64,000 bases of DNA, from positions 5,284-69,283 of the forward strand of contig QKEH01000042.1 in the NCBI GenBank assembly GCA_003252385.1, given 5' to 3'. This document shows positions 18,857 to 27,827 of the stretch, piece by piece; the first letter of the stretch is position 1; every line of letters begins with the position of its first letter. The position numbers were made by a program, and so were the translations under genes. This DNA is from Bacteroidota bacterium. GTDB taxonomy: Bacteria; Bacteroidota; Bacteroidia; Bacteroidales; UBA10428. The notes under the pieces are model-generated. The model was not told the origin of the DNA. It worked only from the letters and a program-made list of their open reading frames with translations, and made no database searches.

Positions 18857-19960
18857 CTACACATTCAGAATATTTTGGAGATAGCCTTGGCGTTCCTGAT
18901 GCCATTGAATAGCCAAATCCGTGAGCTGATCAATGAGCTCGGAATAGCGTACACCGGATAATTCGATCAGTTTAGGATACATGCTGATTTTGGTAAAGCC
19001 GGGCAGGGTGTTTATTTCGTTTAGCACCAAATCGCCACCGGGAGTCAGAAACATATCTACCCGGGCCATTCCGGAGCACGACAGGGCTTTGTAGCTTGCT
19101 TTGGCAAACGCTTTTACCTGTTCCGCCTGGTCGGGAGTGAGTTTCGCAGGAAGTTCCAGTTTTGCCCCGTCGCCGTTTATGTATTTTGCTTCGTAGGAAT
19201 AAAAGCTGTCCTGCGGAATAATCTCTCCGGGTACCGAGGCTAGTAATGTGGTATTTCCAAGGATAGCGCATTCGATTTCGCGTCCAACAATAGCTTCCTC
19301 AATCAGCACCCGGCGGTCGAAACGCAGTGCTTTTTGGATACTTTCCAAAAGTTCCCGGGTCGATTGGGCTTTGTATACCCCTACGGACGAGCCCGAACAC
19401 GAAGGTTTAACAAATACCGGGAAGGCAAACTTTTCTTTCACCGAGGCTATCGTTTCTTCCAGGGAGGAGAGCGAGTCAGCACACACATAGTCGGCCACTT
19501 TAATTCCGGCCTGGAGTAGTAATTGTTTGGCGATGTATTTATCCATAGCAACGGAAGAACCTAACACATCAGGGCCCACACAAGGCAGGTTCAGGATGTC
19601 GCAAAATCCCTGCAAACCACCATCTTCGCCAAAATGGCCGTGGGCAATGGGAAACATCACATCCAGGCTGCCCAATTCGGCTCCGTCCGATAAACGGATC
19701 ATCCGGTTGGAACCGTTACGAGGAAACAATGCAATGGCTTGTTCCGGGTTTACATTTAATGTAATGGTCGATGGATTATCGGCATTCAACAGGTAATTGT
19801 TCTCATCGGCCAGGTACCAGTCTCCCTTTTTATCGATGGCTAAAAGGAATAGATTGAACTTATCGCGGTTTACGGCTCCGGCAATCGACTTGGCTGATTG
19901 TAGTGAAACTTCGTGTTCGCCCGACCGGCCTCCGAAAACTAATCCCAGGTTTTTTTTCAT
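18857..19960 (-). CDS. ddl: D-alanine--D-alanine ligase
   Basis: ATP-grasp: GLVFGGRSGEHEVSLQSA, FPVFVKPSCSGSSVG and EINTLPGFT. Confidence 0.92.
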   Translation of the reverse strand: MKKNLGLVFGGRSGEHEVSLQSAKSIAGAVNRDKFNLFLLAIDKKGDWYLADENNYLLNADNPSTITLNVNPEQAIALFPRNGSNRMIRLSDGAELGSLDVMFPIAHGHFGEDGGLQGFCDILNLPCVGPDVLGSSVAMDKYIAKQLLLQAGIKVADYVCADSLSSLEETIASVKEKFAFPVFVKPSCSGSSVGVYKAQSTRELLESIQKALRFDRRVLIEEAIVGREIECAILGNTTLLASVPGEIIPQDSFYSYEAKYINGDGAKLELPAKLTPDQAEQVKAFAKASYKALSCSGMARVDMFLTPGGDLVLNEINTLPGFTKISMYPKLIELSGVRYSELIDQLTDLAIQWHQERQGYLQNILNV

Positions 19961-20035
19961 TGTGAGGTATAATTTTAAGCTACAAAGTAAATAAAAATAC
20001 CTGCACCATGGTGTTTACTTTTAAACGATACCCAA

Positions 20036-20062
20036 TGAAAAACCCCGCTGATCAGGCGGGGC
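20036..20062 (-). terminator. Rho-independent terminator (minus strand) upstream of the ddl promoter region
   Basis: The minus strand reads gccccgc-ctgatca-gcggggc... with stem ccccgc/gcgggg (20043-20048 / 20056-20061), followed by TTTTT. Confidence 0.6.
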
Positions 20063-20350
20063 ATTTCCGATTTAATTCCTTTGATAAATTCCTTACCTGA
20101 TAGACTCACGAAACGAGAAAAAAGTTGCACCGACGTTTAAAAGAATTCTTTGTAGCCGACATTTTTTCGGTTTTCAGAGGTGCGAATCAGACCGGTAGAC
20201 CCTGTATCCGGGATGCCAGATATTCGAATGGGTGTATAACAGCAGGATCCGATTTCAATGACTGGTTCGCAAACAGGAGCAAGGCTGGCTGAGCAGGAAT
20301 TGTGTTAAGGTGAATGGGTTGGATTCGCCAGCATTGAAACCGGATGCCAA

Positions 20351-20378
20351 TAAAAAGCCCAACGTATTCATGGGCTTT
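20351..20378 (-). terminator. Rho-independent terminator of the sigma/anti-sigma operon
   Basis: aaagccca (20354-20361) pairs with tgggcttt (20371-20378). On the minus strand TTTTTA follows. It begins about 40 nt after the stop at 20421. Confidence 0.55.
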
Positions 20379-20420
20379 GTTGTATGCGGTTCCAAAGCAG
20401 TAGTATTCTTTTTCGGGCGC

Positions 20421-21584
20421 TTAGTAGTAATCGTTCGGATCAATAATTACCCGTACCGTGCTTTTGTAAGTAAATTCCTGTCCATTGGGGTAGGTTCCGC
20501 TGGCTTCGTAACGATAGTAGCCTGAAGGTGCCAGCTGGCCGTGTATGTATCCGTTCCATCCCTGTTTGATGTTGCTGGTGGTAAAAATTTCCTGTCCGTT
20601 GGATAGAAACACCTTAAGCTGGTAGGTTTTAACTCCGGCGTTTTTGGGGTAAAAGATGCCGGAATTACTGCCGGCCGATTCGTACAGACCATTGGTTCGT
20701 TCGTAAGGGTTAGGCCTGAAATTTAGTGGAAAATAAAGGGTGTAATCTGCTTCGAGAAAACGATTCACCAGGGAGGCTGTGTCGCGACAGCCATTCTCGG
20801 CCTCGGCAATCAGACGCACAGGATATACCCCAAAGTCGGCGTAGATGTGCTCAATGGCATCCGGAGAATTATCCAGTCGGGTATCGCCAAAATCCCAGGT
20901 GTATTTTTGGCCACCTTTCGATTTGTTTTTAAAGAGCACTTTCCGCAGCGCCATATCCGATCCGTTGATGTCGATATCCATATGAGCCTGAGGTCTTGCC
21001 AATACACGGATAGTTTTAGTATGTTCGGCAGAAGCTTTGGACTCATCTTTCACCGTGAGGGTAACCAGGTATTCGCCAGGTTCTTCGAAAGTGGCTTGCG
21101 GGTTTCGAAGAGTTGAGCTTTTTCCGTTGCCGAATTTCCACTTCCATTCGGTGGCTTGAACCGATTTGTCTTTGAATTGGACGGTAAAGGGAGCGCAACC
21201 CTGCATGGATTCAGCTTCGAAGCGAGCCGAAAGCAAAGCGCGGGCAATATCATTGGAAACGGGTTCGGGGATACGGGCGGGCATGGCTTCGTTGTATGCC
21301 AGCACTTCGTCTGCTTCCGGTTCGGCAATGGATGTTTCTTCGATCAGAGCATCTGAGGTTGGATTTTCCGAATGCCAGATGTCCGTATTTAAAAGTAATA
21401 CCGTTGCCCCACCCAGCACCAGTGTGACATATCCAATATTCACCCTGGCCGGATGGAATCCCATAAAATCGGACCACCACAAACGCTTTTTAAGTTTGCG
21501 TAACACATCGGGCGACGGGTTTTGCTCCCGGTGCTCCATTTGTGTCCGGAACAAATCCTCTAAATTATGAAACTCTTTCCCCAT
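20421..21584 (-). CDS. Putative anti-sigma factor: N-terminal cytoplasmic segment, one TM, two PKD domains and a T9SS type-B-like (CHU_C) C-terminal domain
   Basis: ATG 21584 overlaps the sigma stop (TGATG). TM segment VNIGYVTLVLGGATVLLL. PKD signatures CAPFTVQFKD...WKWKFGNG and YTWDFGD. The C-terminus YQLKVFLSNGQEIFTTSNIKQGWNGYIHGQLAPSGYYRYEASG...STVRVII resembles the gliding-motility C-terminal domain. Confidence 0.65.
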   Translation of the reverse strand: MGKEFHNLEDLFRTQMEHREQNPSPDVLRKLKKRLWWSDFMGFHPARVNIGYVTLVLGGATVLLLNTDIWHSENPTSDALIEETSIAEPEADEVLAYNEAMPARIPEPVSNDIARALLSARFEAESMQGCAPFTVQFKDKSVQATEWKWKFGNGKSSTLRNPQATFEEPGEYLVTLTVKDESKASAEHTKTIRVLARPQAHMDIDINGSDMALRKVLFKNKSKGGQKYTWDFGDTRLDNSPDAIEHIYADFGVYPVRLIAEAENGCRDTASLVNRFLEADYTLYFPLNFRPNPYERTNGLYESAGSNSGIFYPKNAGVKTYQLKVFLSNGQEIFTTSNIKQGWNGYIHGQLAPSGYYRYEASGTYPNGQEFTYKSTVRVIIDPNDYY

Positions 21585-22123
21585 CAGATCCAATTCAGTT
21601 TTTTCATTTCTTTAATAATCCAGTTTTTGGCACGCAAATACTGGGTCTTTGAAGTACTTTCATCAATATTCAGCTTTTCGGCAATTTCGCGGTGTTTGTA
21701 GCCCTCAATGGCATACATGCTGAAAATGATGCGGTAACCGTCCGGCATCCGGGTCAACAGTTCCTGCAACTCCTGACTATCGAGTTCCTTATCGGCCGAC
21801 AGGTGGAAGGGTAGTTCGCCATCGTTCACATTTTCGATTTCATCGTGGTAATAATGCTTCTTCTCACGGTGAAAATGGGTGATGGCTGTGTTGACCACTA
21901 TTCTTTTCATCCAGTTTTCAAAGTGTCCCTTGCCCTGATATTCTTTGATATTCTTTAATATCTTGAAAAAGGCCTCCTGCAGGATATCTTCTGCTTCGCT
22001 GGTGTCGGCCACATAGCGCATGCTCACCGACATGAGTGTCGAGGCATACTGCTTATACAAAGCAATTTGTGCTTTGCGGTTGTTTTTAATGCAGCCTTGA
22101 ATGACTTTCTCCAATTCGAACAT
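21584..22123 (-). CDS. RNA polymerase sigma-70 factor, ECF subfamily
   Basis: Region 2 (SEAEDILQEAFFKILKNIKEY) and region 4 HTH (GYKHREIAEKLNIDESTSKTQYLRAKNWI). 179 aa. Confidence 0.9.
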   Translation of the reverse strand: MFELEKVIQGCIKNNRKAQIALYKQYASTLMSVSMRYVADTSEAEDILQEAFFKILKNIKEYQGKGHFENWMKRIVVNTAITHFHREKKHYYHDEIENVNDGELPFHLSADKELDSQELQELLTRMPDGYRIIFSMYAIEGYKHREIAEKLNIDESTSKTQYLRAKNWIIKEMKKLNWI

Positions 22124-22551
22124 CGGGTTCGTAAATTAGTTACCAGATTCGGATGTAAATAGTTGCATGCATCTCATTTCTCTATTAAAAATAAGAATAA
22201 AAAGGCAGCTTAAAATCAACCGGGATAAAAATGATGGTACAGGAATAGACTGGCAGGTTGCGCGGATGTGTAATATAATGGTGGTCAGGCCAATAAAGAC
22301 CTTGATCAGAATTGGTATTCTGTTACTCCGGGGTGTTCCTGGTCGGATGGACAGCGGGATAAAAGGACAAAAGCCTTCATCCGGATAAACAGGAGAATGT
22401 AGCTTTTAAGCCGTATTTGCAAGATGCCAGGCATCCAAAAACCTGGCAGGGAGGTGCCTGGATATGGTTAATGGTTCAATCGACTCACCAAGATCAAGAT
22501 ACTTACCCTTATATAATCTCACCCAACCTGCATGCGACGGTTGAAAAAAAC

Positions 22552-23352
22552 TTAGGTGGGTTTTATTTTTCGTGCCAGGATATGGAACAGGGGCGAAAGG
22601 TACTTTCGGATATAAATCATCAGAATTTCGGTGCTTCCCACCCAAAGTTCTTTCTTATTTCGCTCAATTGCCCGAACCATACGCCGGGCACATTGCTCGG
22701 GAGTGATTCCTCCGGCTTGTCCGTCGTCCATTTTGCCATGTTCTTGGCCATCCTTGGTAATGGCATGTAACGAAATGTTGGTTCGCACCCGACCGGGTGA
22801 CACAATGGTAACTTTAACGTTCTGGTTGTATAATTCGGCTCGAAGTGCCTCATAGAAACCCTGTATAGCATGCTTGGAGGCACAATAGGCGGTGCGCAGG
22901 GGAAATCCGAATTTACCAGTCATGCTGCTGGTTACCGAAATATTTCCCCCACCCTGGGCTATAAGGGCGGGCAAAAGGGCTTTGGTAAGAGTAATGGTGC
23001 CAAAGAAGTTGATCTCCATAACTCTGCGGTCAATAGCAACCGGTGTTTCAATAGCATAGGAGCGTTGACTGATGCCTCCATTACAAACCAGAATATCAAT
23101 TTTTGGGTACGTCCTCAGCACTGTTTCCACAGCGGAAATAATTTGGGTTGTTTCCGCCAGATCGAAAGGGGCTGCCAGTGCAGGAACCCCCATGTCGTTA
23201 CAAGCCGAAACCGTTTTATTCAAATTCTCCACATCACGATCCGAAAGAACCAGGGTGGCTCCCCGTTGAGCATATTCCAGGGCTACTGCCTTGCCAATAC
23301 CCGATGCGGCACCGGTTACCCAAACAACCTTATTGCTGTAAGTTTTTTTCAT
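22552..23352 (-). CDS. SDR-family oxidoreductase with a hydrophobic C-terminal tail
   Basis: TGAASGIGKA (TGxxxGxG), CNGGIS (NNAG variant), catalytic YCASKHA (YxxxK), and tail EILMIYIRKYLSPLFHILARKIK. Start at ATG 23352 (MKKTYSNKVVWVTG). Confidence 0.88.
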   Translation of the reverse strand: MKKTYSNKVVWVTGAASGIGKAVALEYAQRGATLVLSDRDVENLNKTVSACNDMGVPALAAPFDLAETTQIISAVETVLRTYPKIDILVCNGGISQRSYAIETPVAIDRRVMEINFFGTITLTKALLPALIAQGGGNISVTSSMTGKFGFPLRTAYCASKHAIQGFYEALRAELYNQNVKVTIVSPGRVRTNISLHAITKDGQEHGKMDDGQAGGITPEQCARRMVRAIERNKKELWVGSTEILMIYIRKYLSPLFHILARKIKPT

Positions 23353-23362
23353 GCTTTGATTT

Positions 23363-24730
23363 CTATTGGTTAGTAGTGATGATGGAGTTGGTAAGCTGCA
23401 GGATCTCGGCATGTCGCTTTTGCAGCTCCCGGGCTGGCGATCCGTTGCGGAGCAATGCTGTGGTGTATTTTATTCGGATCCAGCTTTTAATATAGAAGGT
23501 ACGATAGGCCAGCATAAAAATTCCTGAAAGCGGTATGCAGGGCAGGTACGCAAAAGCCATCCACCACTGGGGCAGAAGCAGCAATCCTAAAATGAAGAGC
23601 AGGAGCGAGTACAACGTAAAAATGAGCAGTCCGGAACCGTACAGCGCCGTACTGTAAAACTGGGTATCCTTAATGCCTTTAATCAACCGGAGAGGTATAA
23701 AAAGGTGGGGTGCATTGTTGATAAGCCCCCACAAAGCTAAAGGGAAACCAGGAAGCGCCAATGCCATACCCATAAGGTTTGCCAGAATGTTGTATTTTGG
23801 TTTCCGGGTAATCCAGTCGCGCAGGTGCAGATGATCGCGCAGGCGGGTGTATTCCTTATATAAGGTATCCAGATGTTGGATTTTTTCCGGATCTGTATCC
23901 AGGCAGGTATCTAGCGATGCAATGAGTTGCTTATCGGCAGTATAAACATCGTTAAGCTTTTTCTCATTCAAACCGAGCTGTTTGCACAGGGTGCTGCGGT
24001 ACAAAACGCGCATACCCATGTATAAATCGTAGTAGGTTTCGGTTTCAATGTGAATCATTACCTTTTTCATGCCATCAGCAAGGCAATCGCGAAGCTGATT
24101 GGTGGCAAGGGAAGGGTTTTCCTGATAGGCGTCCCAGAATTCTGAAACCTCTATCGGATCTCCGAGATTGATGAATTGGTTCCGGCGCAGTTTCCAATAA
24201 TGCTCGTAATCGATTCCGGCAGGAACAATTTTAACCCCAGGCTGGCTTCCGTACTCTTCCTGTGCCCGGAATGCAATCCGAAAAATTCCTTTCTGTAAAG
24301 GGCGAAGCCTGCGACGGTCGCTATGATTGCCTTCGGGATATATTACCAGGGGAGTGCGTTTATTTCGCATTACCACATCGCTGGCGTCAAAAACCTCATC
24401 GTTCTTCTGCAGGTTGGAACGACCATCACGAATTCGGTAAATGGGAAGAATTTTACATCCGGTAAGAAACCAGATTACAAATTTACCTTTAAAAACATCA
24501 GATCGGGCCAGAAATACCGGCTGGGTGTGTGGCAGCGAAACAAGAGCTAATGCATCCATCAGGGCATTTTGATGGTTGGGGGCAATAATTACCGGAGCTC
24601 CCTTGGGTAGTTTATGAAGATTGGCTATTTTTCTTTTGCGATAGAACAGGTTATACGCCAGGCCTACTGCATAGGTTTTAAGCAGGGCATAGTTCAACGA
24701 CCAGTGATCAATATCTTTTCCGGTTTGCAT
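23363..24730 (-). CDS. Lysophospholipid/glycerol-phosphate acyltransferase family protein (PlsC-like) with a C-terminal membrane domain
   Basis: HX4D motif NHQNALMD and acyltransferase motif III VIYPEGNHS. The C-terminal ~130 aa have three hydrophobic segments. It ends 11 nt before the SDR gene. Confidence 0.8.
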   Translation of the reverse strand: MQTGKDIDHWSLNYALLKTYAVGLAYNLFYRKRKIANLHKLPKGAPVIIAPNHQNALMDALALVSLPHTQPVFLARSDVFKGKFVIWFLTGCKILPIYRIRDGRSNLQKNDEVFDASDVVMRNKRTPLVIYPEGNHSDRRRLRPLQKGIFRIAFRAQEEYGSQPGVKIVPAGIDYEHYWKLRRNQFINLGDPIEVSEFWDAYQENPSLATNQLRDCLADGMKKVMIHIETETYYDLYMGMRVLYRSTLCKQLGLNEKKLNDVYTADKQLIASLDTCLDTDPEKIQHLDTLYKEYTRLRDHLHLRDWITRKPKYNILANLMGMALALPGFPLALWGLINNAPHLFIPLRLIKGIKDTQFYSTALYGSGLLIFTLYSLLLFILGLLLLPQWWMAFAYLPCIPLSGIFMLAYRTFYIKSWIRIKYTTALLRNGSPARELQKRHAEILQLTNSIITTNQ

Positions 24731-24771
24731 ACTAATTAAGTTATGGAAAGCGCGAATTTATAAAAATTATC

Positions 24772-25740
24772 TTACGCCAGCTCTTTAGGAATGGGAGGCT
24801 TTCGTTTCGACCATATTCCCGCAATGGTCAATCCGGACAGAATGTGCCATATACCCCACCAGGCTGCTATAAAAGCCATGCCACCGTTATGCAAATCGAC
24901 CGGGAATACATTGGGATTGAAGAGTAATACCAGAGCCAATCCTGAATTCTGAATTCCGGTTTCGATAGTTATGGTTCGTCGAACGGCTTCGTTACATCGG
25001 GTGGCCCATGCAAAAACATATCCGGTTAGCAATCCCAATGCATTGTGTATTAGAACAATCAGAAATATATATTTAATGTAACGCAGAAAGAAGTCGTAAT
25101 TATTTCGGAAAGCCAGTATCACGATAGCCGCAAAGACCATAATCGACAAGCTTTTAATGGGTTTAATGATTTTCCGGGTGACTCCCGGAAAGAAATGGCT
25201 GAAAAGCATGCCTACTAGCAACGGAATTCCCAGCAGGATAAAAACGGTTTCGAAAATACTCAGTGGACTAATTTCCAAAGGGCGCAGCAATTTGTCCGAA
25301 TCCATAGCGCCAATATATTTTGTATACAAGCCTCCCCAGAATAAAAAGTTGAAAGGAGTTAGCACCACCGCAGCAAGCGTGGCCATGGCCGTTAGCGTTA
25401 CCGATAGTGCGGCGTGGCCATTTGCCAGCGCCGATATAAAATTCGAAATATTACCTCCCGGGCAACTGGCTACCAGTATCATACCAACGGCCACCGTGGG
25501 AGTGAGGAATGAGTGGAATAGGCCAATCACCAGAAAGGTGACTGCCGGAAGAAGAACAAACTGGGCAATAAATCCGATAACCGGGTAATGTTTATTCTGC
25601 CAAATATGTTGAAAATGTTCCAGTTTAATCTCCAGAGCCACACCAAACATAATGAATGCCAGGGCGCTGTTCAATACAAATAATCCTTCCGACGAAAAAT
25701 TCAGGCGAACTTCATCCAGCTGCAGTAGAGCTTCGTACAT
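24772..25740 (-). CDS. Bile acid:sodium symporter (BASS) family transporter
   Basis: About 10 TM segments and SCPGGNISN plus GIQNSGLA signature stretches. Confidence 0.85.
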   Translation of the reverse strand: MYEALLQLDEVRLNFSSEGLFVLNSALAFIMFGVALEIKLEHFQHIWQNKHYPVIGFIAQFVLLPAVTFLVIGLFHSFLTPTVAVGMILVASCPGGNISNFISALANGHAALSVTLTAMATLAAVVLTPFNFLFWGGLYTKYIGAMDSDKLLRPLEISPLSIFETVFILLGIPLLVGMLFSHFFPGVTRKIIKPIKSLSIMVFAAIVILAFRNNYDFFLRYIKYIFLIVLIHNALGLLTGYVFAWATRCNEAVRRTITIETGIQNSGLALVLLFNPNVFPVDLHNGGMAFIAAWWGIWHILSGLTIAGIWSKRKPPIPKELA

Positions 25741-25824
25741 TGTTTTTGGTTAACGGTTTGCGTGGCTAAATATACAGAATTAATATTTTTTGCAACTTTG
25801 TAGACGAAGATCAAATGGGTTACC

Positions 25825-26349
25825 ATGGAACATATCACCAAATATTTTAAAAAGGCTGCAGCCGATCAGCTGACGGATAATTTTATTCACAGCATTGGTA
25901 GCGACTGGATGCTTCTTACAGCCGGCACCGAGCATAAGTTTAATCCTATGACTGCAAGTTGGGGCGCCATGGGCGTGCTTTGGAATAAGCCTGTCGCAAT
26001 TTGTTTCATCCGGCCCTCCCGCTATACCTTCGAACTGCTGGAACCCCATGAAATATTTACCCTTACTTTCTTTCCCGAAAAATACAGGGAAGTGTTAAAA
26101 CAATGCGGTGCGGTGTCGGGTCGCAACCATGACAAGATACAAGCCACCGGAATAACTCCGTTGTTAACCCATAAAAACGGAATAGGTTATCAACAAGGAA
26201 GACTTTGCCTGGAGTGTCGGAAAATTTATTACGACGAATTGAATGCCCAACATTTCTTACTGCCCGATACCGATGCAAAGTTCTATTCGGATAAAATCTA
26301 TCATTACCTGATAATTGGTGAAATTACCGATACCTACCTGCCCTTGTAA
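25825..26349 (+). CDS. Flavin reductase-like (FMN-binding split-barrel) protein
   Basis: LLTAGTEHKFNPMTASWGAMGVLWNKPVAICFIRPSRYT is typical of the flavin reductase domain family. Confidence 0.7.
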   Translation: MEHITKYFKKAAADQLTDNFIHSIGSDWMLLTAGTEHKFNPMTASWGAMGVLWNKPVAICFIRPSRYTFELLEPHEIFTLTFFPEKYREVLKQCGAVSGRNHDKIQATGITPLLTHKNGIGYQQGRLCLECRKIYYDELNAQHFLLPDTDAKFYSDKIYHYLIIGEITDTYLPL

Positions 26350-26398
26350 TTAAAACGAAAAACGGACTGTGGGCTAACTTGGAGGATCGGTTCATGGC

Positions 26399-26983
26399 TT
26401 ATGGCTCCGGGCGCAGGGTTCCCAATTCATAACGGAGTTCAATAGCTGTATTAATTCCACTTACATTAATGGATTCCATATTGGGTGGATTGAATAAATG
26501 GTAGGTCATGCAGGTACCCAGTCCCCATCGGTCGGTAAGCCGGTAGGAGAACCCAAAGAGCAAGTTGTAACCATAGGAAGTTACTATGTGGGCGTTATCC
26601 AGCCATTTGTTTTTGTCGTATTTAACTACCATGCCTAAGCCCGCACCAAAGTAAGGGCGGAGTTTCGACCCCAGATTGGGTAAATGATAGAGCATGGAAG
26701 AGCTTATGGGTAAAAGCATTACGGTGTGTTTGTTGGCGTTGTAAAGTACTTTTTTGTAGGCCATCCCGCTGGCAACCAGAATCTGAACTCTGTCGAACTC
26801 CAAAATACTTGCGGAAAGCTGCGCCATTGGCGATAAAGCATAAAAATCGCGTGCTGCTTCGGTAGAATAATCGTACATGCCCCCACTGAGCGACACATAC
26901 TTGGCGCAAACCGAAGTATAGCCTGTTATCCAGAACAGCTGGCTATAAATCAAAATCCTCAATAATTTCGTTGTACAGTCCAA
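26399..26983 (-). CDS. Outer membrane beta-barrel protein (porin/OmpW-like)
   Basis: Alternating hydrophobic beta-strand pattern with aromatic girdle residues and an N-terminal signal-like segment. Overlaps the upstream gene by 41 nt. Confidence 0.5.
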   Translation of the reverse strand: MDCTTKLLRILIYSQLFWITGYTSVCAKYVSLSGGMYDYSTEAARDFYALSPMAQLSASILEFDRVQILVASGMAYKKVLYNANKHTVMLLPISSSMLYHLPNLGSKLRPYFGAGLGMVVKYDKNKWLDNAHIVTSYGYNLLFGFSYRLTDRWGLGTCMTYHLFNPPNMESINVSGINTAIELRYELGTLRPEP

Positions 26984-27827
26984 TGGTTTTTACATTTACC
27001 CTGTTGGTATTCTTGTTGATGGAGATGAGCAGAAAGTGGTAAAAATCGCCGCCCCGGCCATGGTAGAGTGGAGCCCCTGCACCACCTGATGTTAGGTAGG
27101 TTATACCGTCGCGATCGTATCGGTTATACACATGATCGTGCGAAACCAGTACGGCTCTGATTTTGGGATGTTCAATAAACAGGTCGTGTAGCTGAAAGGT
27201 ATTTTTCAGCTGGCCGCCGTAATGTTCCCCTTGCGCAAACAAGGGCCGGTGCAGGCTGACGAAGACATTCTCGATTAGCGGGTTGTTGTCGGCAGTATTC
27301 AGCAAGGCAATCAACCATTCCAGCTGATGGTTCAGGATGCCTTTTTCCTCTCCGGGTATTTCGGTATCGAGAATAATGAACAATGTGTTTTCGTGCTGGA
27401 AACTGTAGTAAAAATGTTCATGTACCGATTTGAGTTGTTGCCGGAATATACGTTCATCCCCATCGGAGTTACCCTCGTGATTGCCCCGGGTGATATGAAC
27501 ATCCATTTTCTCGGTCAAGGGGCGGGTATATTCCCAAAATGCCGCCCATTCAACCTCGTTGCCGCCATGGTTCATGATATCGCCACCGCAAATGGCCAGA
27601 ACGGGGTCGGGCGACAGGGAAGCCATGTTCTGCACCAGCTGGCTGTATATACCCATTCCCATTCGAATATCTCCAAAAACAATGAAACTCCATTGATCCT
27701 CTTCCAATTGAATTTCTTCTTTCTCGGTACAGGTGATGGTAAATGTCAGGAGACTTACCACGAGAACCGTCCGCAGTTTGTTTAGGGGCAGTGCATGCAT
27801 TATTGGAATTACGAAACGTTGCTTCAT
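26943..27827 (-). CDS. Metallophosphoesterase (calcineurin-like)
   Basis: Motifs GDIRMG, GGDIMNHGG, RGNHEG and SHDH in canonical order, with a signal/lipoprotein-like N-terminus. Confidence 0.8.
   Translation of the reverse strand: MKQRFVIPIMHALPLNKLRTVLVVSLLTFTITCTEKEEIQLEEDQWSFIVFGDIRMGMGIYSQLVQNMASLSPDPVLAICGGDIMNHGGNEVEWAAFWEYTRPLTEKMDVHITRGNHEGNSDGDERIFRQQLKSVHEHFYYSFQHENTLFIILDTEIPGEEKGILNHQLEWLIALLNTADNNPLIENVFVSLHRPLFAQGEHYGGQLKNTFQLHDLFIEHPKIRAVLVSHDHVYNRYDRDGITYLTSGGAGAPLYHGRGGDFYHFLLISINKNTNRVNVKTIGLYNEIIEDFDL

Noticed and set aside
20165-20240. Faint resemblance to the TPP riboswitch on the plus strand (ggtgcg...accctgtatccgggatgccag).
   Set aside because: The CUGAGA box and the P4/P5 pairing are not reproduced, and no plus-strand gene lies downstream. 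I treated it as coincidence and report the interval only as an orphan transcription unit.
22124-22551. Long ORF-poor gaps at 22124-22551, 27828-28244, 38124-38549 and 49142-49454, inspected for repeats, CRISPR-like periodicity and structured RNAs.
   Set aside because: I found only short hairpins and short protein-like fragments of no recognisable family. There are no direct-repeat arrays and no conserved ncRNA motifs. They are most simply promoter, leader or decayed sequence.
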